From: Chiloscyllium plagiosum
Taxonomy: Eukaryota
Direction: 5' to 3'
NCBI RefSeq assembly: GCF_004010195.1
Contig: NC_057718.1
Span: 77,749,571-77,813,570, forward strand
DNA: 64,000 bases
Under the pieces are notes generated by a model. The model saw nothing but the letters and a program-made list of their open reading frames with translations. It ran no database searches and had not been told where the DNA came from. Shown in pieces: positions 1 to 11,726 of the stretch (position 1 is its first letter; the number at the start of each line of letters is the position of its first letter). The position numbers were made by a program, and so were the translations under genes.

Positions 1-215
1 TCCTGCTTGCTGAGAGCTGCGGGCTCCCTTCCCTTTAGTCATTTTAACTTAGGATTAAATTGTTTAAATGTAATATTACACAACTAATTAAATTACACAA
101 CTATTATAAATGATTTGGTGAGCGTGGTAGGGGGTGGGTGACCCACTGTACCCAAGTCTTGGGAGGAGCACTATAGACTCAGTCTTGCTGGGTTGCCGCC
201 ATCTTGGATCCCCCC

Positions 216-345
216 AATGGAAACTTAAAAACAACTTCTTCACACAAATAATGGAATACATGTGGTGGAACTCTCTGCCACAAGGAGTTGTTGAAGTGAA
301 CATAACAGATGTATTCAAAAGGAAATGGGAAAGCATATGAAGAAA
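216..345 (+). mobile_element. CR1 LINE 3' fragment
   Basis: Translates as NNFFTQIMEYMWWNSLPQGVVEV, resembling the CR1 ORF2 C-terminus (FFTQRVV..WNSLP..VVE). Confidence 0.6.
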
Positions 346-402
346 AATGGAGTAAATAATTAGTTACAGTGGTGTATTTAGATAAGAAAGATGAAAGGTA
401 TG

Positions 403-600
403 AAAACAAAATACCACAGTTGCTGAAGGTCTGAAACAAAAACAAGAAGTACTGATGAAACTCAGCAGGTTTGGCAGCATCTGTAGAGAAAGCGAGGAAC
501 AGAATTAATATTTCAAGTACAATATGACTCTCCTTTGGACTGAAGAAGAGTCATAAGACGCGAAAAGCTAACTCTGTTTCTCTCACTGCAAATGCTGCTA
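403..600. mobile_element. Degenerate PLE terminal-repeat hairpin element (family C-like) with decayed hammerhead motif
   Basis: Inverted arms gcagcatctgtagagaaa / tttctctcactgcaaatgctgc; CTGAAGAAGAGTCATAAGACGCGAAA at 540-565. Confidence 0.65.
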
Positions 601-1087
601 TTGATGAGATGATTTGAGTGGGACGTAAACACTAATGTGAGCTGGTCATACCCAATATTTTAATGGTCCATTTATCATGTAATTCAATGTAAAGCAATCT
701 GGTAATGAGCAGGTCATTGTTTTGGGATATCGTAATCAATAACATTGTCACCTTTGGGCTTTCCTTCCCTGTCTAAATACCTTTTGAGCATATTCACATG
801 ATACACTCTGTGGGATTTCTTTCTGTCTGGAGTTCTTATTAAATAGTTCACCTCACTCAATTTATTTTTGACTTAATAAGGCCGACTAAACCTTGCTTTT
901 AAAGGTTCACCTATCACTGGAAGCAATACCTTATCCCCGATAGCAAAATTGAGAGTTTTTGATTTCTTGTCTGCTTCCCATTTCATTGTATGCTGTGATT
1001 CTATTAAATGCTGTCTAGGCAGCTCCCCCGCTCTATTTAATCATTCCATAAAATTTGACACATATCAATTTGACTTAATAATTTCTC

Positions 1088-1832
1088 CTAAATCAATTTC
1101 AATGGTCCTCTCACTTCATGTCCAAAAACGAATTTAAATGGACTGAATTTAGTTGATTCATTTGGTGCAACTCTGATGGCAAAAAGTACAAATGGAATTC
1201 CCTTATCCCAATCACTCGGATAGTCTTGACTATAAGCCCTCAACATGATCTTTAATGTCTGATGCCACATTCCTAGCACTTCCTGCGACTCTGGATAGTA
1301 CCCAGTAGATTTGAATTGTTTTATTCCTAAGCTATCCAAACTTCCTTGAATAATTTTGATGTGAAGTTTGACCATTGATCTGATTGTATCTCTGTGGGTA
1401 GTCTGTATCTAGTGAAACATTTGAATAATTCCTCTAGAATCCTTTTAGCTGTGATATTGCATAATGGAATGGCCTCTGAAAATCTAGTGGACATACCCAT
1501 ATTGTAAACAAATACTGATTCCTACTTTTTGTTTTAGGCAGGGGTCCTACACAATCAATTAAGACTCTTGTAAAGGGTTCCTGAAATGCAGGAATAGGTA
1601 TTAAAGGTGTGAGTTTTATTACTGCCTGTAGTTTTCCAATTACCTGACATGTATGGCATGTTTGGCAAAACTCACCTGCATCCCTGCGCAGTCCAGTCCA
1701 GTAAAAATGTTTTTGTATTTTAGCTTGAGTTTTTCTCTCTCCTAACTGACCCCCTCGTGGTAGCTCGTATGCCATTCGCAACATCTCCTTTCTATAACCC
1801 ATTGGCAATGCAACTTGAGGCCCATTTCTCAT
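1088..1832 (-). pseudogene. Retrotransposon integrase (disrupted)
   Basis: FYWTGLRRDAGEFCQTCHTCQ, PFTRVLIDCVGPLP, YYPESQ, WDKGIPFVLFAIR..NESTKFSPF..FGHEVRGP. Confidence 0.9.
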
Positions 1833-3490
1833 CTGCCTGATTATATGATGATCTCCATTTCCTCACTAAGTCATAATTTTTAAGATAACATTCAGGGATA
1901 AAATTGGGATCTTTTTCTGTGTATGTCTTCTGATATAGTTGCTTTAAATTTTCATCTTTCTGCTATAACTCAGTTAATTTCTCTGAGCTAAAGATGTCTG
2001 CTGTATCAGCTATCTGCTCCTGGCTTGTGTCAATTATTTGATCTGCTAATAATCTGCTTATCTGTTCTCTTTGATCTCTCCCATTTCAACTGGTGACTTT
2101 GTGACCTCGTTACCACACAGTCAGGATGCATCCTGCAATAGTTCAGTTGCCTAAGTTTCCATTGGCTTTTCAACCACAGTAGGCACCACTCCTACCTGTG
2201 AACTAGCTATATCATTAGCAAGGACAAATTATATTCCTGGAGCTGAGAATTTGTCAAGTCCTCCTACCATGACTTTTCCACTCTTCACTGAACACTCTAA
2301 CCTCACTTTACATAATTGAGCACTTCTTGTCTGACCACGAATTCCCATTACTAGCACCTTTTCTGGCTATAGTCCTTTAGAGGTACATATCTCCTCATCT
2401 TTCAGCAGCTAGGGTTGGGAGGATCCTGTCTCTCTTAATACTCTAACCTTTTTGCCTGCTGCTCATGGCCTATGCAAGTAAACTTCACAGGTATATGGTT
2501 GAAGAAGATCTGGCACTTTCTCCTTAACCAATCTCCGATCAGCTTGTACATTTTGGTGCAGCTTTCTAGCCCCCACTGTGCTTTCCATTACCACTCCAAC
2601 AAAATTCACCGGATTATCCTGTTTTCCTACATCTGGCTTCCTGGTGCTTTTGCTAACCCACCAACACTGTGATTTCATGTCACCTACTTTACTGCAATGA
2701 AAACACCAGAGTTTTTTTTAACTTCTCTTTCCTGTTCAAGGCTTTCCTCTTTACCCTGTGGTCAGTTATCCTTATGATCTTCACCAAGATCTACCTTTCT
2801 CTTTCTATGCGAGGATTTCTCTTTTCCCCAATTTCTATCCCTCACAGATTGAAATTGATTTTGGAAGCCAAACTTTGATTTATGGACCATCTCATAATCA
2901 CCAGCCATTTTAGCTGCTAATCTTGCCATTCCAACTCCTCCACATGAGTTCTCACTACTTCAGAAAGTGAATCTTTGAACTACTGTCTAAGTGTTAAACG
3001 CTGAAGTCTTTCTCCTTTTCCTATCTCTGCTTTTCTTTTTCTCTCTCTCGCTTTCTTTTTGTTCTGCTGAAGTGATTTGTTCTTTTTCTCTTTCCTCTGC
3101 TTTTAATCATAATTTCTTGTCTTTTGCCTCTATCTCAAGCTGCTTCATTTTCAATTGAATTTTAGCCATCTCTAAAGATTCTGATGGTATTACCAGCAAA
3201 TTTAAATGCTGAGCTATTGCTGTAATTATCTCTCCTTTCCTCCTGGAGGGAGGCAGCTCCAACTCCAGTTTGTCTGCTAATTCCAGCAGCTTGGCCTTAA
3301 TCACCTTTCAGTAAACCCCCAAAACCACCTCTCAACCCCCAGAAAACTCTGGGCGCCTGAAAGAGCCATTGCTATCCCAAGCACTGTTTAAACCAACTGA
3401 ATTCAATACCCTGAACAAAAGACCCTAACACCTACCACTTGCTGCCTTCCAGTCCAACAAAACTAATCTCAAATTGGAACTATAGAACAA

Positions 3491-3509
3491 ATCCTGCAAA
3501 GCGCCCCCA
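3491..3509 (-). promoter_or_regulatory. Primer binding site, degenerate tRNA-Pro type
   Basis: Minus strand TGGGGGCGCTTTGCAGGAT just after the LTR, compared with the tRNA-Pro complement TGGGGGCTCGTCCGGGAT. Confidence 0.65.
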
Positions 3510-3512
3510 ATT

Positions 3513-4170
3513 TGTTATGGACCAAGCCAGACCCTCTCAAAGCATTTCAAGAATTTGGCCCAGACTCTAACTTTGCTTGTTACTCTGAGCAGATGTGAAG
3601 TGGTTATTTCAAGAGAGATGCTACTGGGCAAACAATTTAGTTTTAAACAAAACAGAATTTATTTACCAGATTACCAAATGAAACACAAACAAAAGAAAAC
3701 AGAATACCGAATAACTTAACCTAACCAAAAACCCAACAGATCATCCCAACTTAATCATCTGTTCCCAATACTTGCAACAATCCCCATAAACACCCCTTGG
3801 CACAAAAGGTAAAATCAAATACAGGGTCTGACAGGGGAGATGTCAGAGAGAGAGGAGGATCAGCATGGACCTGCTTCTCTGGGTCCAGTAGCTTTTACAA
3901 CTACCTGACTGCTGTCAGTGAATAGCCAGACTGTGAAAAAACCAAATCAAACTAAAGGAAAGCTGAGCTGGGAGAACTGGCCACTCCCCTTTTAATGTAC
4001 AAGTGTTTTTTTAAAGCTAAAAACCTTTTGCCTGAGGCAATATCTGTTAGTTGTAATCAAATTGGCCCCAACACCCATCCAAGCCCAGATATTTTTGAAC
4101 TGTGTTTTTACAACCTCCTGAAAAAGAACCAAAGAAAATGTAACTTTGTTAAAGGAGCAGCATTGTCACA
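3513..4170 (-). repeat. 5' LTR of the Gypsy element
   Basis: Minus strand begins TGTGACA at 4170 and ends ATAACA at 3513, directly followed by a PBS-like sequence. Confidence 0.8.
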
Positions 4171-5144
4171 CCATGTTCTTCTAGATAAAAGTAGTTGTGG
4201 ATTTGGAAAATGCTGCCTGAGGATCTTTGGTAAATTTGTACAGTGCATCTTGTAGATAGTATATATTGCTGTTACTGAAAGTAAGTGGTGAGGGAAGGGA
4301 TGCTTGCGAAGGTAGTACCAATTAAGCGGGCAACTTTGTCTTTGATGATTTCAAACTTCTTGAATGTTGGAACTTCACCCATCCAGGGAAGTGAGGAGAA
4401 TTCCATCACACTGCTAACTTGTGCCTTTTAGATGGCGGATGGTTTTGGGGAGTCAGGACTTGAATTACCCACTGCAGCATTCTGAACATTTGATTGACTC
4501 TTGTACCCACTATGTTTATGTGGTAAGTCCACTTGAGTTTTTGGTCAATGGTAATCTAAAGGCTTGCTAAAATGCGAGAATTCAGTGATCGTAATACCAT
4601 TGAATGCTAAGGGGCAGTGATTAGATTGTCTGTTATTGGAGATGGTCGTAGCTTGGCATTTGTGTGGCATAATTGTTACTTGCCATTTGTCAGCCCAAGC
4701 CTGGATATTGTCCAGATCTTGTTACATTTGACCATGAATTCCCTCAGTATCTGAGCAGTCATGATGGGGTGCTGAATATTGTACAATCATCTTCTGACAT
4801 ATGAAAGAAAGGTCATTGATGAAGCAATTAAAGATGGTTGCGTCTAAGACACTATCCTGAGAACTCCTGCAGAGATGTCCTGGAGCTGAAATGTCTGATG
4901 TCCAATAAGCACAACCATCTTCCTATGTGCCAGGTATGACTCTAACCAGTGGATAGTATAATCCATAATGCCTTTCAATTCCAGTTTTGCTAGGGCTCCT
5001 TGGTGCTACACTCAGTTGAATGCAACCTCAATGTCAAGGGTTGTCACTCTTACCCCACCTCTGGAATTCAGCTCTTTTGTCCATGTTTGAACCAAGACTA
5101 TAATGAGGATGGGAGCAGAGTGGCCCTGGCAGAACCCAAACTGG

Positions 5145-5365
5145 TTGAAACTTTATTGCGGGAACAGCACAGCAGGTCAGGCAGCATCCAGGGAACAGGA
5201 GATTTGACGTTTCGGGCACAGGCCCTTCTTCAGGAAAAAATCTTCGGCCTGTGCCCGAAACATCGAATCTCCTGTTCCCTGGATGCTGCCTGACCTGCTG
5301 TGCTGTTCCAGCAATAAAGTTTCAACTTTGATCTCCAGCATCTGCAGACCTCACTTTCTCCTCGA
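5145..5365 (+). mobile_element. Hairpin PLE mini-element (family A) with 14-bp TSD
   Basis: TSD agaacccaaactgg at 5131-5144 and 5366-5379; arms about 5145-5224 and 5246-5326. Confidence 0.9.
5206..5233 (-). ncRNA. Minimal hammerhead ribozyme motif (family A), intact core
   Basis: Minus strand CTGAAGA-A-GGGC-CTGT-GCCC-GAAA-CG-TC. Confidence 0.7.
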
Positions 5366-6988
5366 AGAACCCAAACTGGGCATCACTGAGCAGGTTATTG
5401 CTGACCAAGCAATAGCACTATTGATGACACCTTCCATCACTGATCGAGAGTAGATTGATGAGACATAATTAATTAGGTTGGATTTATCCTGCTTTTTGTT
5501 TACAGGATACACTTGGACAATTTTCCACATTGTCGGGTAGGTGCCAATGTTGTATCTGTACTGGAAGAGCTTGGCTACTGGTGTGTGGAGTTCTGGAGCA
5601 CAAGTTCTATTGTTGGAATGTTGTTAGGGCCCATTGCCTTTGCAGAATCCAATGCCCCCAACTATTTCTTGATATCATGTGGAGTGAATAAACTTAGTTG
5701 AAGACTGGTATCTATAATGTTGAGGACCAAGATGGATTCCCCACTTGGCATTTCTGGATGAAGATTGGTGCGAATGCTTCAGTCTTATTTTTTTCTCTTG
5801 TGGGTTGGGCTCTTCCATCATTGACGATGGGAATATTTGTGAAGCCTCCTCTCCAGTGAATTGTTCAATTGCCCATCACCATTTATGACTGAACATGGCA
5901 GGACTGCAGAGCTTAAATCTGATCCATTGGTTGTGGGATTGGTTAGCTCTGTCCCTCACTTGCTGCTTATGCTGCTTGGCATGCAGATAGTCCTGCTTGG
6001 TTGCCTCACCTGGTTTTCTGCTCATTTTTAAATATGCCTGGGGCAGCTCCCAGCATTCCCTCCTGCACTCGCTATTGAACCATGGTTGATTGCCTGGTTT
6101 GATGATAATGGTTGAGTGGGGGATATGCTGGGCCATGAGTTTGCAGATTGTGCTGGATGACAATTCTGCTATTGTTGATGGCCCACAGCACCTCATGGAT
6201 GCCCAGTCTTGAGTTGCTAGATGTGTTCAAATTCTGCCCCAATTAGCACAGGGATAGTGCCACACAACATGATGATTTCACTTTCTTGAACCACCATAGT
6301 CCATGGGATGTAAAGATACCCACAGTGCTGTGAGAAAGGGCATTCCAAATTTGAAACCAATGGATGTGATTTTATGGGTCCGAGGAGAGTAGGAATCATG
6401 GTAGATAGCGGACATAATAAGCAAGTGCTGAAATTTCACTTTCTTCATAGCTGGTTCAAATTTAGAGATGAATTCATGTTTATGTCAAGTCCATCCTCAC
6501 ATTAACCCATGGCAGGTACTTGTAATACATTTGTAATGCATTTGTAATTTATGATCATGAAAATCTATTTTTTTGTTGCATCTAATGTTCATGATAAAAC
6601 CAGCATTGCAAGTAAATCTTGAAACACCTGATTCATGTTTACTTAAAGATGGTGTGCAACAATTGGCTCTCTATACAAGGGAGGAGAGAGGAGAAGGGCT
6701 GAAAATGTGTTGCTGAAAAAGCGCAGCAGGTCAGGCAGCATCCAAGGAGCAGGTGAATCGACGTTTCGGGTATGAGCCCTTCTTCATGAATGAGGAAAGT
6801 GTGTCCAGCAGGCTAAGATAAAAGGTAGGGAGGAGGGACTTGGGGGAGGGACGTTGGAAATGCAATAGGTGGAAGGAGGTCAAGGTGAGGGTGATAGGCC
6901 GGAGTGGGGTGGGGGCGGAGAGGTCAGGAAGAAGATTGCAGGTTAGGAAGGCGGTGCTGAGTTCGAGGGATTTGACTGAGACAAGGTG

Positions 6989-7590
6989 NNNNNNNNNNNN
7001 NNNNNNNNNNNNNNNNNNNNNNNNNNNNNNNNNNNNNNNNNNNNNNNNNNNNNNNNNNNNNNNNNNNNNNNNNNNNNNNNNNNNNNNNNNNNNNNNNNNN
7101 NNNNNNNNNNNNNNNNNNNNNNNNNNNNNNNNNNNNNNNNNNNNNNNNNNNNNNNNNNNNNNNNNNNNNNNNNNNNNNNNNNNNNNNNNNNNNNNNNNNN
7201 NNNNNNNNNNNNNNNNNNNNNNNNNNNNNNNNNNNNNNNNNNNNNNNNNNNNNNNNNNNNNNNNNNNNNNNNNNNNNNNNNNNNNNNNNNNNNNNNNNNN
7301 NNNNNNNNNNNNNNNNNNNNNNNNNNNNNNNNNNNNNNNNNNNNNNNNNNNNNNNNNNNNNNNNNNNNNNNNNNNNNNNNNNNNNNNNNNNNNNNNNNNN
7401 NNNNNNNNNNNNNNNNNNNNNNNNNNNNNNNNNNNNNNNNNNNNNNNNNNNNNNNNNNNNNNNNNNNNNNNNNNNNNNNNNNNNNNNNNNNNNNNNNNNN
7501 NNNNNNNNNNNNNNNNNNNNNNNNNNNNNNNNNNNNNNNNNNNNNNNNNNNNNNNNNNNNNNNNNNNNNNNNNNNNNNNNNNNNNNNNNT
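6989..7590. other. Assembly gap
   Basis: Run of N. Confidence 1.
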
Positions 7591-9146
7591 TGGAACTGGT
7601 CCTCCTGGGAGCAGATGCGGCGGAGACAAAGGAATTGGGAATATGGGATGGCATTTTTACAGGGGGCAGGGTGGGAGGAGGTGTAGTCTAGGTAGCTGTG
7701 GGAGTCGGTCGGTTTATAGTAAATGTCTGTGTTGATTCGGTCACCCAAGATAGAAATGGAAAGGTCTAGGAAGGGGAGGGAGGAGTCTGAGACAGTCCAG
7801 GTGAATTTGAGGTTGGGGTGGAAGGTGTTGGTAAAGTGAATGAACTGTTCAATCTCCTCGTGGGAGCATGAGGCAGCGCCGATACAGTCATCGATGTAGC
7901 AGAGGAAAAGGTGGTGGGTGGTGCCAGTGTAGCTGCGGAAGATGGACTGTTCCACATATCCTACGATGAGGCAGGCATAGCTCGGGCCCATGCAGGTGCC
8001 CATGGCTACTCCTTTGGTTTGGAGGAAGTGGGAGGATTGGAAAGAGAAGTTGTCAGAGTGAGGACCAGTTCAGTCAGTCGAAGAAGGGTGTCAGTGGAAG
8101 GGTACTGGTTAGTACGGCGGGAAAGGAAGAAGCGGAGGGCTTTGAGTCCTTTCGTGATGGGGGATGGAGGTGAACAGGGACTGGATGTCCATGGTGAAGA
8201 TAAGGCGTTGGGGACCGGGGAAGCAAAAATCATGGAGGAGGTGGAAGACGTGGGTGGTGTTCCGAACATAGGTGGGGAGTTCTTGGACTAAGGGGGACAG
8301 GACCGTGTCGAGGTATGCAGAGATGAGTTCGGTGGGGCAGGAGCAGGCTGAGACAATGGGTCAGCCAGGGCAGTCAGGTTTGTGGATTTTGGGCAGGAGG
8401 TAGAAATGGGCGGTGCGGGGTTGTGGGACTATGAGGTTGGAGGCGGTGGATGGGAGATCTCCTGAGGTGATGAGGTTCTGGATGGTCTGGGAGATGATGG
8501 TTTGGTGGTGGGAGGTGGGGTCATGATCAAGGGGGCAGTAGGAGGAGGTGTCCGCGAGCTGGTGTTTAGCCTCAGTGGTGTCAAGGTCGGTGCGCCAAAC
8601 TACTACTGCGCCTCCCTTGTCTGCCGGTTTGATAGTGAGGTTAGGGTTGGAACGGAGGGAGTGGAGGGCTGCACGTTCTGAGGGTGAGAGGTTGAAGTGG
8701 TTGAGAGAGGTGGAGAGGTTGAGGTGGTTAATGTCGCGGCGGCAGTTGGCTATGAAGAGATTGAGGGCAGGTAAGAGGCCAGCACGGGGTGTCCAGGTGG
8801 ATGGGGTGTGTTGGAGGCGGGAGAAGGGGTCGTCAGAGGGTGGGCGGGAGTCTTGGTTAAAGAAGTAGGCACGGAGGCGAAGGCGGCGGAAGAATTGTTC
8901 GATGTCACGCCGCGTGTTAAATTCATTAATCCGGGAGCGTAGGGGAATGAAGGTGAGGCCTCTGCTGAGGACTGATCTTTCATCCTCAGAGAGGGGTTGT
9001 TCTGGAGGGATGGTGAAAACACGGCAGGGCTGGGAGCTCGGATCTGGTGTGTGGCTGGAGCTGGGAGTGGGGACGGGGTTGGGCATGGGTGCGGGGACGG
9101 AGTTTGACGTGGGGGCGGGATTAGGCATGGTGACGGAGATCAGCAT
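7591..9146 (-). pseudogene. PLE reverse transcriptase, frameshifted
   Basis: ORFs 8361-9146, 8006-8269 and 8003-7591 join into a Penelope RT (ADKG, LPKIHK, YIDD, FLDL, YYKPTD). Confidence 0.9.
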
Positions 9147-9220
9147 GGGGCGGAGTTAGGCGTGGTGACGGAGATCGGCATGGGGCGGAGTTAGGCGTGG
9201 TGACGGAGATCGGCGTGGGG
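9110..9220. repeat. ~35-bp tandem repeat x3 inside the PLE 5' region
   Basis: Unit ggggcggagttaggcgtggtgacggagatcggcat. Confidence 0.85.
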
Positions 9221-9992
9221 GTGGAGACACATGCGGCGTGGTGCTTGTGCAGGTTAGTGATGTCACTGGGGGCAGAATTGGCTGCGACGACGGCAACCCA
9301 GGGGGCGGAAGTGGCTGTGGCGACGACAGAAACGGTGTTATTCCCGACCCCGCGGAGGCCGCGAATCTGTCGGCGATGGTCTTCCTGGCGATTGTGGAGG
9401 CGGTTGTCTGGGCGGCGATCGCGGAGGCTGCGAGGTCGGTGGGGGCGGAAGTGACGTCATGGTTCGCGGCGGCGGTTGCTGCCACGGGTGCTGCAGCGGC
9501 CGCGTGGTTAATGGCGCTCGTGTGATTTCGGAGGCCGGTGGAATAATCTGGAACAGTCCTCAGCAGAGGCCTCTGACGACCCCTTCTCCCGCCTCCAACA
9601 TACCCCATCCACCTGGACACCCCGTGCTGGCCTCTTACCTGCCCTCGATCTCTTCATAGCCAACTGCCGCCGCGACATTAACCGCCTCAACCTCTCCACC
9701 CCTCTCACCCACTCCAACCTCTCACCCTCGGAATGTGCAGCCCTCCACTCCCTCCGCTCCAACCCAAACCTCACTATCAAACTGGCAGACAAGGGAAGCG
9801 CGATAGTAGTTTGGCGCACCGATCTTTACACCACTGAGGCTAAACGCCAGCTCGCGGACACCTCCTCCTACTGCCCCCTTGACCATGACCCCACCTCCCA
9901 CCACCAAACCATCATCTCCCAGACCATCCAGAACCTCATCACCTCAGGGGATCTCCCATCCACCGCCTTCAAAAAAAAATTTTTTTAAATTC

Positions 9993-10020
9993 CTGAAGAA
10001 GGGCTTATGCCCGAAACGTC
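9993..10020 (+). ncRNA. Minimal hammerhead ribozyme motif (family A), intact core
   Basis: CTGAAGA-A-GGGC-TTAT-GCCC-GAAA-CG-TC. Confidence 0.75.
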
Positions 10021-10088
10021 GATTCTCCTGTTCCTTGGATGCTGCCGGACCTGCTGCGCTTTTCCAGCAACACATTTTCAGCTTATGT

Positions 10089-10785
10089 NNNNNNNNNNNN
10101 NNNNNNNNNNNNNNNNNNNNNNNNNNNNNNNNNNNNNNNNNNNNNNNNNNNNNNNNNNNNNNNNNNNNNNNNNNNNNNNNNNNNNNNNNNNNNNNNNNNN
10201 NNNNNNNNNNNNNNNNNNNNNNNNNNNNNNNNNNNNNNNNNNNNNNNNNNNNNNNNNNNNNNNNNNNNNNNNNNNNNNNNNNNNNNNNNNNNNNNNNNNN
10301 NNNNNNNNNNNNNNNNNNNNNNNNNNNNNNNNNNNNNNNNNNNNNNNNNNNNNNNNNNNNNNNNNNNNNNNNNNNNNNNNNNNNNNNNNNNNNNNNNNNN
10401 NNNNNNNNNNNNNNNNNNNNNNNNNNNNNNNNNNNNNNNNNNNNNNNNNNNNNNNNNNNNNNNNNNNNNNNNNNNNNNNNNNNNNNNNNNNNNNNNNNNN
10501 NNNNNNNNNNNNNNNNNNNNNNNNNNNNNNNNNNNNNNNNNNNNNNNNNNNNNNNNNNNNNNNNNNNNNNNNNNNNNNNNNNNNNNNNNNNNNNNNNNNN
10601 NNNNNNNNNNNNNNNNNNNNNNNNNNNNNNNNNNNNNNNNNNNNNNNNNNNNNNNNNNNNNNNNNNNNNNNNNNNNNNNNNNNNNNNNNNNNNNNNNNNN
10701 NNNNNNNNNNNNNNNNNNNNNNNNNNNNNNNNNNNNNNNNNNNNNNNNNNNNNNNNNNNNNNNNNNNNNNNNNNNNNNNNNNNNA
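10089..10785. other. Assembly gap
   Basis: Run of N. Confidence 1.
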
Positions 10786-10789
10786 GGTC

Positions 10790-11480
10790 CACACCCCCCA
10801 CCAACCCAACCTCCACTCCCGGCACCTCCCCCCGAAACCGCAAGAAATGCAAAACTTGCGCCCACACCACCCCCCTTACTTCCCTTCCCTTTCCTGAAGA
10901 AAGGCTTATGCCCCAAACATCGATTCTCCTGTTCCCTGGATGCTGCCTGACCTGCTGCACTTTTCCAGCAACACATTTTCAGCTCTTCCCTTCAAGTACC
11001 CAAGGGATCCTTCCATATCTGCCACAAATTCACCTGCACCTCCACACATATCATTTACTGCATCCGCTGCACCCGATGTGGCCTCCTCTATATTGGGGAG
11101 ACAGTGCGCCCACACCGTCCCCCTCACTTCCCTCCAAAGCCCTAAGGGTTCCTTCCATATCCGCCACAAATTCACCTGCACCTCCACACACATCATTTAC
11201 TACATCCGCTGCACCCGATATGACCTCCTCTATATTGGGGAGACAGGCGGCCTTCTTGCGGAACGTTTCAGAGAACACCTCTGGGACACCCGGACCAACC
11301 AACCCAACCACCAGTGGCTCAACACTTCAACTCCCCTCCCTACTCCACCAAGGACATGCAGGTCCTTGGACCCCTCCATCGCCAGACCATAGCAACACGA
11401 CAGCTGGAGAAAGAGCGCCTCATCTTCTGCCTAGGAACCCTCCAACCACAAGGGATGAACTCAGATTTCTCCAGTTTCCT
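10790..11480 (+). pseudogene. PLE Cys-rich linker and GIY-YIG endonuclease (disrupted, partly duplicated)
   Basis: RKKCKTCAH; FTCTSTHIIYYIRCTRYDLLYIGETG..LAERFREHL; AQHFNSP; LGTLQPQGMN. Confidence 0.85.
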
Positions 11481-11698
11481 CATTTCCCCTCCCCCCACCT
11501 TGACTCAGTCCCAACCCTCGAACTCAGCACCGCCTTCCTAACCTGCAATCTTCTTCCTGACCTCTCCGCCCCCATCCCCCACTCCGGCCTATCACCCTCA
11601 CCTTGACCTCCTTCCACCTATTGCATTTCCAACGCCCATCTCCCTAGTCCCTCCTCCCTACCTTTTATCTTAGCCTGCTGGACACACTTTCCTCATTC

Positions 11699-11726
11699 CT
11701 GAAGAAGGGCTCATGTCCGAAACGTC
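11699..11726 (+). ncRNA. Minimal hammerhead ribozyme motif in the PLE 3' terminal repeat
   Basis: CTGAAGA-A-GGGC-TCAT-GTCC-GAAA-CG-TC, about 100 nt before the element end. Confidence 0.75.

Larger units (their letters stand above)
760..4170 (-). mobile_element. Gypsy-type LTR retrotransposon (Gmr1-like domain order), 3'-truncated and decayed
   Basis: LTR, PBS, gag (ORF 3107-3304; zinc knuckle CFHCSKVGDMKSQC near 2660-2710), protease-like LRETGSS near 2440, integrase Zn-finger/core (ORFs 1434-1832 and 1088-1375). Frameshifts and stops throughout. Confidence 0.9.
4171..6290 (-). mobile_element. Non-LTR LINE of the CR1 group (clade not resolved), decayed ORF2
   Basis: ORF 5876-6196 contains IKPGNQPWFNSECR; the same sequence recurs at about 27870-30300 and 32340-33850. 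Confidence 0.8.

Noticed and set aside
6731..11606. Long ORFs of 228-575 aa
   Set aside because: Their length comes from N gaps; only the flanking PLE fragments are real.
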